A DNA stretch of 64,000 nt, from the NCBI RefSeq assembly GCF_009834535.1, contig NC_045712.1:34534001-34598000 (forward strand), written 5' to 3'. This DNA comes from Camelus ferus (taxonomy: Eukaryota). Under the pieces are notes generated by a model. It had not been told where the DNA came from. It did not search any database and saw only the letters and a list, made by a program, of their open reading frames with translations. The position numbers were made by a program, and so were the translations under genes. Shown in pieces: positions 1 to 13,200 of the stretch. Every line of letters begins with the position of its first letter. Position 1 is the stretch's first letter.

Positions 1-1077
1 TGCCCTGCCTAAAATGAATTTTATGAACCGACCCCTTCCCCCGTAAGGGGTGTTTTCTACATTCGTTTATTCGATCAACAAATACTTATTGAGCTTCTAT
101 CCGTCATGCATTATGCTAGGCACTGAGGATATACGCGAAAGCAGCCCTGGTCTTGTTGTGCATGTTATACCGTCAATTAAAGTTTATTGACAAAGCTGGT
201 CCCTGCCTTCATAGAACTTGAAGTCTTCAGGTGACTGCTTTCCAACACTACCTCCCCCCCAACCTTTCCACATTTTCCATAATGAATATTTTTAAAATTA
301 AAAAAAAATTGTTGTTAAAAGATTTTCTTTCCTTTTATCCATTAAACTTTCCCAGAATCTTTTCCACATCTTTTTCTCCAGAGCTTTAAAGAATGACAGG
401 TTCTTTGGACCCTCACTTTACTCTTATCCTTAGACCCTTGCCTAAAGGGACCTCACAGCCCAAGCCAGTGTTTTCATGCCTGTTCAGAGGAGAAACTCTG
501 TCCTCAGAGGTGTGAAGGGGCTACATTTAGGACCTGAGAGAATTCAAAGAAGAGAAATCTGTGCTTCCTTTAGATGAAAAATGTACTCTAGCTGGGGAAA
601 TATGGGCAGCCTGAGTTGTTTTCTTTGTTGTCAATACCTCCCTCCATAGGCTATACTCCAGTGCTGCAGTCAGAGTCATCTTACACAGCCCTGAATTACT
701 CTTCTGCCTTTTAGCTGGCTCTTTCATTGCGACTTCAGATCCTGCTACTCCCTTCCCCACCACAGCGTACTCCTTCCACACCCAACCACTTGCTTTCCTG
801 GAACACAAATGCTCATGCCTTCTTGCCTGCGTGCTATTACCTCTGCTTGGACCGCCCATCTCCACCCACCCCTCAGAGCCTAGCTCCAGTATCAGCCTTG
901 GCTAGACAGCCTTCTCGACAGCTCATCCCCAGCCAAATTGATTACTCCTTCCTGTGATCCTGTCTATTTCACAACATAGACTTACTAGATCTTTTCCAGT
1001 TTGTTTTGTAATTATTTTCTTTGTACCTTGTGCCCAGCCTCCAGATAGGAACTATATCTTATTTACATTTGTCATAG

Positions 1078-1623
<546 letters not shown>

Positions 1624-2103
1624 AGCCTGCCTGACAGACTGCAGTGTGAGGCGAAGCCTGGGCCTCCCTCCCAGTGGAGTGAGAGGGCAGAGGAGCTGTT
1701 CTAAAATCTCCGGTGATTTTGGCAGCGGCTATGTTGGCACCTAGTGCAAGCTAGGCCCAAATTCTGGAAAGCCCCGTCTGTTGCCATCAGCTGGTGGTGA
1801 AACTGTGTTCAGTGTATTCATGGTTGGTGGAACTAGGTGATCAGCAGCTGTGAAACAAACTTCAGCTGGTTGAAGTTGAGGTCCTTCAAGGTTTTTCTTT
1901 TAAGACTGAGCTTCATCCTTGCCTCTTCCTGGTCATTCTCTCCACTTCCATCCTTCACCCCTTAGCCACCGAGACCGAAGGAGATAGGGAGTAAATCAAA
2001 TTCTGCTTCCATCTATAGGTCACGGGGCAGGAAACATTTGGGAGGCTGCTTCCCCTGCAAGCTGTGGTCTCTACTGTGAAGCAGTTTAATTAAAAAGACC
2101 CTT

Positions 2104-2109
2104 AATAAA
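2104..2109 (+). terminator. Probable JAGN1 polyadenylation signal
   Basis: AATAAA about 480 nt after the stop, followed by GT/T-rich sequence (ctgtgccttgtgttc). Confidence 0.6.
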
Positions 2110-5100
2110 GTAACAGCTGCCTTGTCTACCCTGTGCCTTGTGTTCAGGATTTGACAGTGTGTGAAAAGTGTATTGTTTGAGTTACCTTAGACACTAGGAG
2201 CTTGGTAGAAGCTCCCTGAGAAACCTGGCAGTGGCCGTGGGGAAGTGAACTGGGTGTAGGGAAGTGAACTGGGTGTAGGGAACCGAAGTCATAGTTGCAG
2301 CCCTGCAGCTGATTGGCAGGAACTACCATGGGCCATACATTTAATCTCCACCTGTAAAATGGTCCATTCTCATTTATCCAGCTTGGGTTATGGGCTCTTC
2401 TTTTGGTTGGATATTCATGTTTATCATTCAGTGTTAACAGTGTCGGTTATGTGTCTAATACTGTATTATGGTATCCAAAAGGATTTTGAAGTATCCTGCA
2501 TATAGAGAATTTGCAGTCTCTGTGAAACATGGTATGCATGTGAAACTAATGAACACAATAGATAATGATGTGGAGCAGATACCTTAAAAATAGAAGTGGG
2601 AAAGAGATCCGTGAACTCAAGGCCCTTTCTAAAGGTTTGGCACAGGTATTATTTATTGCGTAAAAGGTGTATATCCCTTTGCTCTTCACCTGCTTGGCTT
2701 TATCGTGTTTGGATGATGCCCAGATCTCTAACCGCAGATCTCTGCACTCTCCAGAGTTGGTCTTTCTTTTGTTCTATAAACATTAGGTATGTACTCAGTC
2801 ACTCTTAGGTACTGGCAGTGCTTCTAACTACGCAACCGCTTCCTCTAGGTGTCCTGATTAATCATTTCAAACTCAGTGTGTCCCAAACTTAACCCTTTGC
2901 CTCCTACCTCATACCCGTTCCTCTTCCTCATCCCTGTGTGCAGGTGAGTATACCGAGAGTGCAGCTCTGGATCATCATCATTAAGTCCCTACTATGTGCC
3001 ATTATTTTTTTCAGCAACCAAAATCCCCTAGTCTCCTTCTGACCTTTCCGAAGTGTGGTCCCAGGGCATCGCTCCTGCTTTATCTCCAGTGCTCTCACTC
3101 ACACTGTCTATCTCAGTCAGCAGAACTTCTTATGAATCCCCTTAATGGTTCCATGTGTTTTTAGTTTCCTTAAAGCTTTCCCATTTCCACTTTCATACTC
3201 CTTTACTACTTATCATTCAAGACCTAGTTTATATGGTAATTCTGGAGCCTTCTGGTTCCTTCAGTTCAAGGAGTGAGGGTTCTTTGAACTCACATGACAT
3301 TTTAATTTTACCTTTTCTGTTGACAGAATGACTAGTTTACATGTCTTTGCCTTACCCCTTGCCCAGCATGGAATGTGTAGGTGCACTCTGAGTTGATTGG
3401 GTGAAGTAACTTGTCCTACTGTAGACTGTTTCACAGAGGAAAGAACTAGACTGAGGCAGGGGAGAGTTTGGAGAGCAGAGAGGAGCAGATGGATATGAGT
3501 TGGTGATGGAGTTACGTGCATCAGGCACAGACTGTTAATTTTCAAAGAATCAGGATATTAATAATTATAGTTCTTAAAAGAGCTTAAAATTTATTTGATT
3601 ATTCAAATGGTACGTTACAGTCTTGGGGTGCTTTTTAGGACCAATTATGAAAGTTATTGTCACTGCAGAAAAGCCAGTTGGTTCATTTTCGTTTTCTACT
3701 TCTTGGGTTGTTGGGATTCTGCTTTTCCAATCATTTTTACCCCCTGCCTCATGGTTGTAGTATTCCCTGAAGCAAACAAGAGCCCCTTTGAAAGGGATCT
3801 TGATTTACTGGTAAGACCACTGTCTTTGGGTCAGAAGACAGAGTCAAGTACCAAGACCAGCCCTGCCTAATTCACAGGATTGTTTTGAAGCTCAAATAAG
3901 GTAAAGTCTTGTGAAGGTGCTTTAAGAAGTATGTAACACTATATAAATGTGAGGAATGGTTGTTGTACTCTGAAGTTTACAGAGCTAGAGGGTGTAGGCA
4001 TTTTAAGAACTCTTAGGGAGCATTGAGTCCATGAGAAAGGCAATGTGTAGTGGCAAGAACACAGTCTGATACTAGACTGACTCAGGTTGGAAGTCTAGCC
4101 AGACATTTCACAGCCTTTTGCCTTGAGCAAGATACTTGAGACTCTGTTTCTGATCTAACACACAGGGATCATAGTGGCTACCACCCAGGGTGGTTGTGAG
4201 GATTAAGTAGAATAATGTATATAAACAGTATAGTACATAGTAGGTGCTTAATAAGTATCAAAATCCCTTCCCTTGATGAGCAGTGTTGGTGTTTCCCTCT
4301 CAGATTGTGGCTCTGTGCCTCTTCTCTTAAGCATAATTTCTTGCCTCTGTATTCTGAAGGTTGATCCCTTCTGGAAGAGCAGAGGTAAGAAAGGGGCGCT
4401 TGTGTACTCTTGGTTTTCATTGGTCTTACCGGTCGGCCCTCCCTGACCAGGGAGCCCTGACAGTCGGCACAGTTGCCCCGGGAGACCTTAGGAATCTGCC
4501 TTTACAGGAGGAGCCTGGAGATGCTGCCGCGTTGTCTGACCAGAGTTCACGCACGGGTAAGGCTTTGTCAGGGAAAACAGCCTCCCAAGGCCCCCGCGGT
4601 GCACACTGTACCTGAGTGCGCTCAGGGGCCTGCCAAGATCCTCCTGAGCTCCTGGCTTGGTCCCCAAGTAAAGGTTTTTGGAGCATGGAATCTGGATCAG
4701 CTCATTCAAACCACAGGTGAAACGCCTTGGCCATTTTCCAAGAGGACCGGGCCTCTGTGCTGCAGGCTCACTGCACACCTCTGTTGCCTTTACTCCAGTT
4801 GGCCACCTCCTATTCCAACCACGGAACTCCTCCTCCCTTGTATACACTTGCCAAAAAATCCCTACTGTCCTAGAAGTCTGATCACTGATAACTCACTCCT
4901 GTAAGGCCTACTAGTCTGTTCTTTCCAGCTATTCCAGTTTCTTCCTTCACGCTGTTAACCCTGCCAGCTCATCACTTCAGTCAGTCTAGAACTTCTGTGG
5001 ACCACAGGGCCCAGAAACCACAGATCTCCCCAAGCAGTGAGTTCTGGCAAAAATTGCTGAAAAGCATGGGGGTGGGTCACAGCTCTCCATTTTGTGTATG

Positions 5101-6020
5101 GACAAGTTAATCTTCCTAGTGTTTCCTAGTCTGTAAGATGGTTTCATAAAGATTGATCTCAAGGGTTGTAGGACCAATAAAGTGAGATAATGTGAGCAAA
5201 GCACAGGGCCCAGAGCCTGACAGTAGGAGTTCAGCAAATGTTGATCTGACCCACTCCCGTTCCCCAGGGTGTGCTGGAATGTGCTTTTTACCTAAAGCCC
5301 TTTTTGGAACAGGCTTCACAATAGCGAAGTAAACCAGCAAACCCGTAAATAAAATGCAGGCCTCCTTTTCTCCCTTCTGTCTGCCATTCTTGTTTCTTCC
5401 TCTGCTTTTTCTACGTGCTCCTTTTCCTCCCTTTGTATTCTTTCTCTCTTTGTGTATGTATGTGTCTCTTTCATTTCTCTTCTGTTTCTCCTACCATACC
5501 TTAGCCGGGGTCAGGGAGCAATTAACCAAGTGCTTTCATTGTGAGAATCAGATCAAAAGATAAAAGGGGTCAAAAAAGAAAGATGTTCTAGAATGGAGCC
5601 TAGTTTCTCACTTCATGCCCCCAGCATTAGAAAACACATTATCAGTGTGGATCTAAACCACCGTGGGTTAGGCGAAGGTTTGGCAAGACTCCCTAGCCTA
5701 TCCTTGGTATGGCCAGACCACGCTTTCCTTCACGTCTGACTGACTTGTTTGCAGTGGCCACAAGACGGAGCTGTGCTAGGCAGGCCCTTTTGGGTTCCCA
5801 GGAGCAGAAGAGAGTGAGGCAGTGGGAGGAGAGGCCATAAAGGATGGTAGAAAGAGAAATGAACTGTGAGAGGCTGGCAGAATCGGAGCTCCTTGGGCTA
5901 GAGACCTTGACCTTGACCAAGTCATTCTCCTTTCGGCTTCCTTATTTCTCTATGAAATGAATAGTTCTCATTTACCTGTCTCATAATGTGATTAGGAGGG
6001 TCAAATATGAAAGTGCTTAT

Positions 6021-6090
6021 GAAATGTATCATAATTACACAAAATGTATCATAATTTACATTTAGATGAAATGTGTTATAATTTACATTT
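6021..6090. repeat. Three diverged AT-rich tandem units (aaatgtatcataatttacattt-like)
   Basis: Seen directly: gaaatgtatcataattacac / aaaatgtatcataatttacattt / gaaatgtgttataatttacattt. Confidence 0.6.
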
Positions 6091-7073
6091 ATTCAACTAC
6101 AAAGCACCTATTTCATGACATCCACTGTAGGCACTGGAGAAATGTGAAAAATAAAGAGTCCTTCTAAGGAACTCAAAAGCTAGAGGATAATGGGTACAAT
6201 GGGGTCGCCAGACAGTGGACCTGACTTAGGAACCAGAATTGGCCTGAAGACAGCTATGGTCAGGCTACAGAAAGGTGCAGAGGGACAGCAGCAGTCTCAA
6301 GATGCCTTCACCCAGAAAGTGTGCCCCAAACTTTTCTTTCCACTGCATGTGTCACCAAGGTGAGGGCTGAAGCAGCTCAAGCACTCCACGAGCAGGAGGA
6401 AGCTGTGGGACGGTAGGGAGGGTCCCCACAGAGAATGGAGCGTCGTCAGCATCGGAAACCACACGAAACCAGGTCAGTGCGTGGGGCCCACAACCTCAGC
6501 TCCAGGGCTCAGCACGAGCACTGGGGCTTTCTGAGCAGACGGTACTGATTAGTGGCTCCTTGAAGCCAGAGGCCCCCCGTGGCAGAAGGGCCGTAACTGG
6601 CCAATGAGGAGAGAGAAAGCTAGGCACTGAGAGTCAGCCAGGTGGGAACCAGGGTGCAAATGGGGACATGTGAGGTTTATGTGCATCCATAGTGCTTTTT
6701 TGTTGTTCTGCCCAACTCTCAATGGTGCCTCAGTCAGCTCTGTCTTCAGCACCCAATGCAGGGTAGTACTTAATAAGCTCTGTTAATCCTCTAAGTGAGA
6801 GGATGAAGCATGCATCCAGGGGAGATCCAAGTGGAGGAGTGTGTTAAGGGGAGGGTGAGATCTTCAGGGTGTTGCAGGAGTGGGAGGGGTTAAGAAATGG
6901 GTGCAGCCCGCCATCCCCCTAACCCTGTGCTGGCCGCTTTTCTGTTATTTCTCTGCCAGAGCAGGAGCCCCTTACCCTCCATGCAGGAGGAGTGGGGTTT
7001 TGGGGGGTCAGGGGTCCCTTAGTTCCTCCGCTTGGAGAAGAAGGAATGTGGCTTGGCTGGCTGGTTGGGGTCA

Positions 7074-7099
7074 GGGCGGAGCTTTGGGGCAGGGCGGGG
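7074..7099 (+). promoter_or_regulatory. GC boxes of the probable IL17RE proximal promoter
   Basis: GGGCGG at 7074-7079 and GGGCGGGG at 7092-7099, about 130 nt upstream of the ATG. Confidence 0.4.
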
Positions 7100-7222
7100 C
7101 AGGTGCAGGCTGAGGCAAGGGCTCGGCTGGTACTGCACTCCCTGCTGCTGCACTGCAAGGCCCTGCTGCCCACCTTCAGACCGTCCAGCCATGTTCTGGG
7201 TGCCTTGACCCCACAGAAGCCC

Positions 7223-10200
7223 ATGGGGAACCCCAGACTAGCAGCCCTGCTCCTGCCTCTCATTGGCCTCTCTGCCTCCGCTGGGATTGGCTGCTCCTAC
7301 CTTCCCTGCTGGAGCACCCGCTGTCTGCTGGCCTCCCGCATGGTAAGGTGCGCCTGCTGCTGCCGGGTGGAGTCACCTGATTGGCGCAGGCTGGTAATGC
7401 TCCCCAGTCTCCTGCCTGTCCTTTCCTACCACCCAAGGCCCTGTGCTCTGATGGCGGCCTCACTCTGTTCTCTGCACTGTATTAAAGGGGTAACCAAGGT
7501 CCTGGTGCACTGAGGGCATGGGCAGGGTGGAGCTGGAAAGAAAAGAGCCAGAGTGGATGGGCTGTTAGCTTATTGGCCTCTGAATCAGGTGATATGAGGC
7601 AAAGACCTCAGGGAGAATGTTCATGAGAATCCCTGCTAATTAACTTCTGTCCTTTCTTTTCCCCACTGGGCCCTGTGCCTTCAGGATGACAGTTTCACTG
7701 GTGAGTCTGACTCCCTGCTCTGCTCCTCTTCCCCATCCTTCCATTCTAGTTTTTGGTTCTCAGCCTGGAAAGTCGCATAGTATCAATGAAAAAGCACAGG
7801 GTTTAGAATCAGGACAAGCCTGGATTTGCACTGTAATTTCGCCACATAGCCAACATGTGGCTGCAGACAGTGCTCTTAACCCCTCTGATGCTCCATTTCT
7901 GAGGGGCACAAAGCACGGTAGAAATGACTGTACAATTAAAACTGTTGCCCCTGAGCTGTGAGGAGGATTAAATGAGAGCCAGGTAAATCTCCAGGCAGCC
8001 CCCCTTGACTGGTCCCTCCTCCTTGTCAGTAATGCAATAATCATCCTTCCTATTTTATGGTACCTTCTACTTTACAAAGCATTTCCCACACATTATCTGA
8101 TGTGATCTTGACAGCAGCCCCGCTTTATGAATGAGGAAGCTGAGGCTTAGAGAGGTCTGTAACTTGCCCCAGGTCTCTTGGCCAGGATATAAGTGGCAGA
8201 GCTCAGCCTCAAGGCCAACTTGTCTGAGGCAGGAGGGACCTCCTGGGACCCTACCATTTGATTCCCTTTTCATCTTTCACAGGACAGTCCGCGCAAATTC
8301 CTCGCTGTAACTGGCCGGCCCGGCCCCTCTCCCCAAAGCCTTGGTGTGCTTGGCTCTGCCACCGCCCCAGCTGTTGGTGCCTACGTCTCCTGTCAGGTCT
8401 CTCAGGTATGAGAAACAGCCCTTTGGGTGGAGGTGGAGATGCAAATTACAGGCGTACTGGGGGCCCCTTACACTGAGGCAAGTGAAACTTGCCCTAGAAC
8501 AGATGTCTGTCCCGTTGCCAGCCTCGGCAGAGATTTAGGCCATCCTGAAACAGCACACCGTGACTGGTATTTGTGAGTTCAGTTGTGTCGTTTTGTGAAG
8601 GTGTTTCTCCTTTCAGCTGGCACCAATTCCTGGGATTAGAATGTTTTCGTTCTATGAGTTTACTATTATTACCTTCTACTTGTAAAGTAAGACCTGTCTT
8701 ACTCAACTCTATTTTCCTTGCCTAGCTCAGTGCCCAGGACATACTAAATGCCCATACACTGTTTAAGAATTGACAGTTTCTAATTTTTCACTGTTACATA
8801 TAATGCTGCCATGGACATCTTTGTATACATATAGCTTTTTCTCTACTTAAGAAATTAAACCTTTTTTGATTGTGGCCTAACTTTTAGGACTAAAGTTTGA
8901 TATCATTACCCTCCTTGATAGAAAATGACTGACTATCCAACACCGGGTCACATCTCCAGGTAGGGAGGGCCCGTGACGGGCTGGATAGTAAATGTGTCAT
9001 TCTCTATGCAGGTCTTCAGTGGGGCTGGTTCCACCTTGTGGTGCAGAAGTCCAAAAAGTCTTACAAGTTCCGGTTCCGGTCCTGTCGGACACACAGGATG
9101 CCGACGTCCACTCAGGTACTCTCCCCGCCAGTTTCAACTCTGCCCTTTTTGGCCTCTCGTTCTGCTCTCCAGCCACACGAGAGATCTGGGAAGCATGGAG
9201 ATTAAGTAGACTATTCTGCCCATTACACAGTTAGGAACACTGAGGCTTAGAGGTTGAGCAGCTTGCCTGTGCTGCCCCAGGTTCCAGAGTTCCTGATTCC
9301 TGGACTAAGGCCAACCTTGCTCTCTGCCTGCAGAGGAAGCTGCTGAGTTGCCGTTGCCTGTTTGAGAAGGGCCATCACATCTCTGTCCCCTCCCCAGACA
9401 CCTCCCACAAAGGGCTGCGCTCCAAAAGGATGCAGCCTTCAGATCCAGAGGCAGTGGAAGGTCTCTCCAAACCCGACGCACGAAGGCTGGGAGGTAGGCT
9501 CGTCGTGTGATTGGGGATGATGCAGGCAGGTAGCGGTGGCTGTGCTAAGGCCAAGAGACAAGCTCCCCAAACCCCTCTTCTCCCCAGGGCCTGAGTTCTC
9601 CTTTGACTTGCTGCCTGAGACACGGGCTATTCAAGTGACCGTTCCTCCAGGCCCTGAGGTCAGCGTGCGTCTTTGCCACCAGTGGGCACTGGAGTGTGAG
9701 GAGCTGAGCCATCACGTCAGTGCCCAGGTATGGAGTCCTGTCTGTCTGTAAAAGCCAAGTCACATGGTACTCGTTGCACAAATAGGGAGACTGAGGCTCA
9801 GAGAGGGACAATAATTGTCCAAGACCTCCTTACAAGTCTGCGTGCCTCGCACTGAGGCTTATTTGGACTCAACAGAGTACAGGGGGCCTTGTCACCTGGC
9901 AGGAGAGGGAAGGAAAGGGCAGGCAGAGACCTGGGGCAACCATGAATGCCTAGCAGAGAAGTGAATATGGCCCTTGATTAACCCCAGTGAGAGGCCCCAG
10001 TGAGATTCAGGTTACTTTAAGGGGCCTTTTCGGTTCTCTCAAGAAGCTGTTCTCCCTGGGAAAATCACAAAGTGGTCACATCTGTCTCGGTACCCTTCCA
10101 TCCCCCTCCCTTTTGTCACTGCCCCTGAGAGAATGTCCCCCCTTCTCCCAGCCCAGACCCTGACTCCCCACCTCTACCTCCAGTTGTCACGGGTGCCCTT

Positions 10201-13200
10201 GTATACATTTGGCACCACTTGCAGAGACTGAAGTGATACCCCTGAGTCCCTCAGCTCTCTTCGTTCATAAAATGGTGGTGACACCTCCCGAGATCACCGT
10301 GATGCTAGCATGTAATTAACTGAGTTGGTGCTTCAAGCACCTAGCACCCTACCTGGCATGCACTGGGGGCTCAATAAATGCATATTCCTTTCCCTGTCTC
10401 CTCCCTCCCCCATTCCATATATTGAGCCACCTAGAGCAGATGGTCAGACTACTGAGGAAATTTCTCAGTGGAGGAAAAGTCTCACATAAGAGGAAAAGTA
10501 GGGTGTGCTGGCCACAGTCGCACCTTCCTCCTGCCCTTGTCTAGGGTGCCTACCCTCTTTCGCAAGCATCTCTTCTCTCCCTTTGCTGCTTTGTCCACAG
10601 AAAATTGTGTCCGGGGGCCACACGGTAGAGCTGTCTTATGAATTCCTCCTGCCCTGTCTGTGCATAGAGGTGAGCAGAGGAAGAGGTGTGGGTTGTCCAC
10701 GCTCCACTCCTGACCGCCCTGATAGCATAGTTGGTCAAGACTGTCTCCAGTAAGCCAGGTTTTAAAAGGACTGGGTGTTAACAAGATGCTTGGGAAGACT
10801 GGTGCGAGCGTGACTGTGAGTCACACAGTGTGTCAGGGATGGAGGTGCCCTGCTGATCATGGGACATTCTTGGGGGGGTGATTCCAACCTCAGTCCCACC
10901 CAGACCCAGCTTTCTTGGATTGAGACCTGGCCTCAGGCCACAGAGGCAGAATAGACAGCTGCCTTCACTGTGGATTCTGGGGCATCAAATTGCCAAAAGG
11001 TTCCAAATGGCCCCAAAAGTCTCACTCCCACTAGTCTCCATGGCAGGCCTCCTCCTCTCCTTAAAAGTCTGAGTTGCCTGGCATCAAGACTCCTTTGGAC
11101 TAGACAGGAAAGGCAGGGGGCCTTGTCACCCAGGAGGAGATGAATGGGAGGGTGCAGGCAAGGAACACCTGCCAGGGGTGGGGGACAACCACTGGGTGTT
11201 GGGCAGTCCAGAGGGAGGGACCCCCAGGGCACTGGGCACCTTGGGGATCGCTGAGAGCGGAGGCCAGGGAAGGCAAAAGTTGAGGCATGTGGACCTCACG
11301 ATTTGTCTCTTTCTGGGGTGAGGTTCTCCTCTCCAGGAGAAGAGGACTCAGCCCTTCACTCACTGATCTCACTCCTGTACTCCCGAGTTCCTCCCCCAAG
11401 TGCCAAGTGCCAGCCACCCTTTCCCCCATGCCACTCTGCTCCCTGCTCAGTGCCCTGCCAGCGCAGGCAGCTTGCATCGGGTCAAGGTCAAGCCAGAATG
11501 AGTTTCAAGTCTGAGTGATATAGGAAAAGTTATTCCTCTGACCCTCCTTCCCTGCTCCCCTCTCTCCACAGGTGTCCTACCTGCAAGAGGATGGTGTGAG
11601 GCGCAAAAAGTGTCCCTTCCAGAGCTGGCCTGAAGCCTGTGAGTGCTGCTCGTGTGACTCCTGTGCACGCACAGCCTCTCTCTGTCTCTCTCTCTCACAC
11701 GTGTGCACACGTACACACTTCACACATGTGTTGGAGGAAGTCCCCAGAAGGCGTGCGGGCGCTTTCTCTGGAGTCAGTGGGGGGAAGTCATGGGTTACCA
11801 TGTCTGCTGATCAACCTGCCCATAAATCAGAGTGCTGAACCTTGTACTAGGCACTGTGGGAGGTTCAGGAATATGCAGCCCAGGAGGTAGTGTCCTAAGA
11901 GGATGGACTAGAAGATCTGGGCTCACATCCTAGCTCTGCCACTTAGTCATCTCTGAGCCTCAGTTTCCTCATCTGTAAAATAATGATAATTGCTCTGCTT
12001 CACTTTCCAACTCCTTATTTTGTAATTTTTATTTTTTTAAACTTTTGTTATGGGGGATGATTAAGTTTATTTATTTATTTAACAGAGGTACTGGGGATTG
12101 AACCCAGGACCCTGAGCATGCTAAGCACGTGCTCTACCACTGAGCTCTACCCAACTCCTTACGAGGCTTGAATTCAATATCATATGTGAAAGTGGCTGGT
12201 GACATCTGTGCATATTGTGCCCAAGTTGAAGAGAGAGGATCCTCAAACATGACAGCTGAATAGCACAAAGCAGCCTACGGTCCAGGGCAGGGTGGCAGTT
12301 AAGGACGAGACTGTGGGCATGAACTCAGGAGAGGGAGAAGTCCATCAAGCTGTCATGAGCAGAGAAGGTCTCCTAGAGGAGGTGACACCTGAGCTGGGCT
12401 CAGAAAATGGGCAGGATTTAGAAAAGAGAGAAGGAAAGGGAAGGCACTCCTGCTTCTGAGAGGAACCTAAGCAAAGATACGAAGATTTTGAGTCTGGGGA
12501 GCAGCAAGGAGCTGGCCAGAATGGAGGCGCAGGAAGGAGAGGAGACAGCTAAATAGAAAACGTAGCAGGAGGGGCCGGAGGACGCATGCTCACTTATCAG
12601 GCACCTAGGCCAGGGCCGTGCCGAGCACCTTCACAAACATCGCCTGGTGCCCTGGGGATAGGACTCGGGCCTCCCCGGGCCTCACCCTCTGCCCCTGCTG
12701 CCTGCCCAGATGGCTCGGACTTCTGGGAGTCAGTGACATTTACTGACTACAGCCAGCACAGTCAGATGGTCATAAAACCGACACTCCACTGCCCAGTGAA
12801 GCTGGAGGCCTCCCTCTGCCAGAGGCAAGGCTGGAACACCATCTGTGAAGACATCCCCAATGCCACAGCTCAAGAGTCAGAGGGGGTGAGTCCGGCCTCC
12901 CAGGACCCGGGTGGGCAGGGCTGGGGCCTGGGGCCCTTCTCCCTGACTCCCTTCTCCCACCACAGCAGTACGTCTTGGAGAAGGTGGACTTGCACCCCCA
13001 GCTCTGCTTCAAGGTACAAGCATGGGCGACGGGACGGGGAGGGGTGTGCGTGGTGCCTGGAGCTTGCTGACTTGCCATTCTTGCATTTCTCAGTTCTCTT
13101 TCAGAAACAGTAGCCACGTTGAATGCCCCCGCCGGACTGGTGAGCCAACAAGCGACCCCAGCTGGGACCCCATCCCACCATTTCACCCTCACCTGACTGT

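Noticed and set aside
4361-4904. Cluster of overlapping ORFs between JAGN1 and IL17RE as a novel gene
   Set aside because: No recognisable domain, no coherent splice or promoter structure, and ORFs in several frames on both strands as expected by chance.
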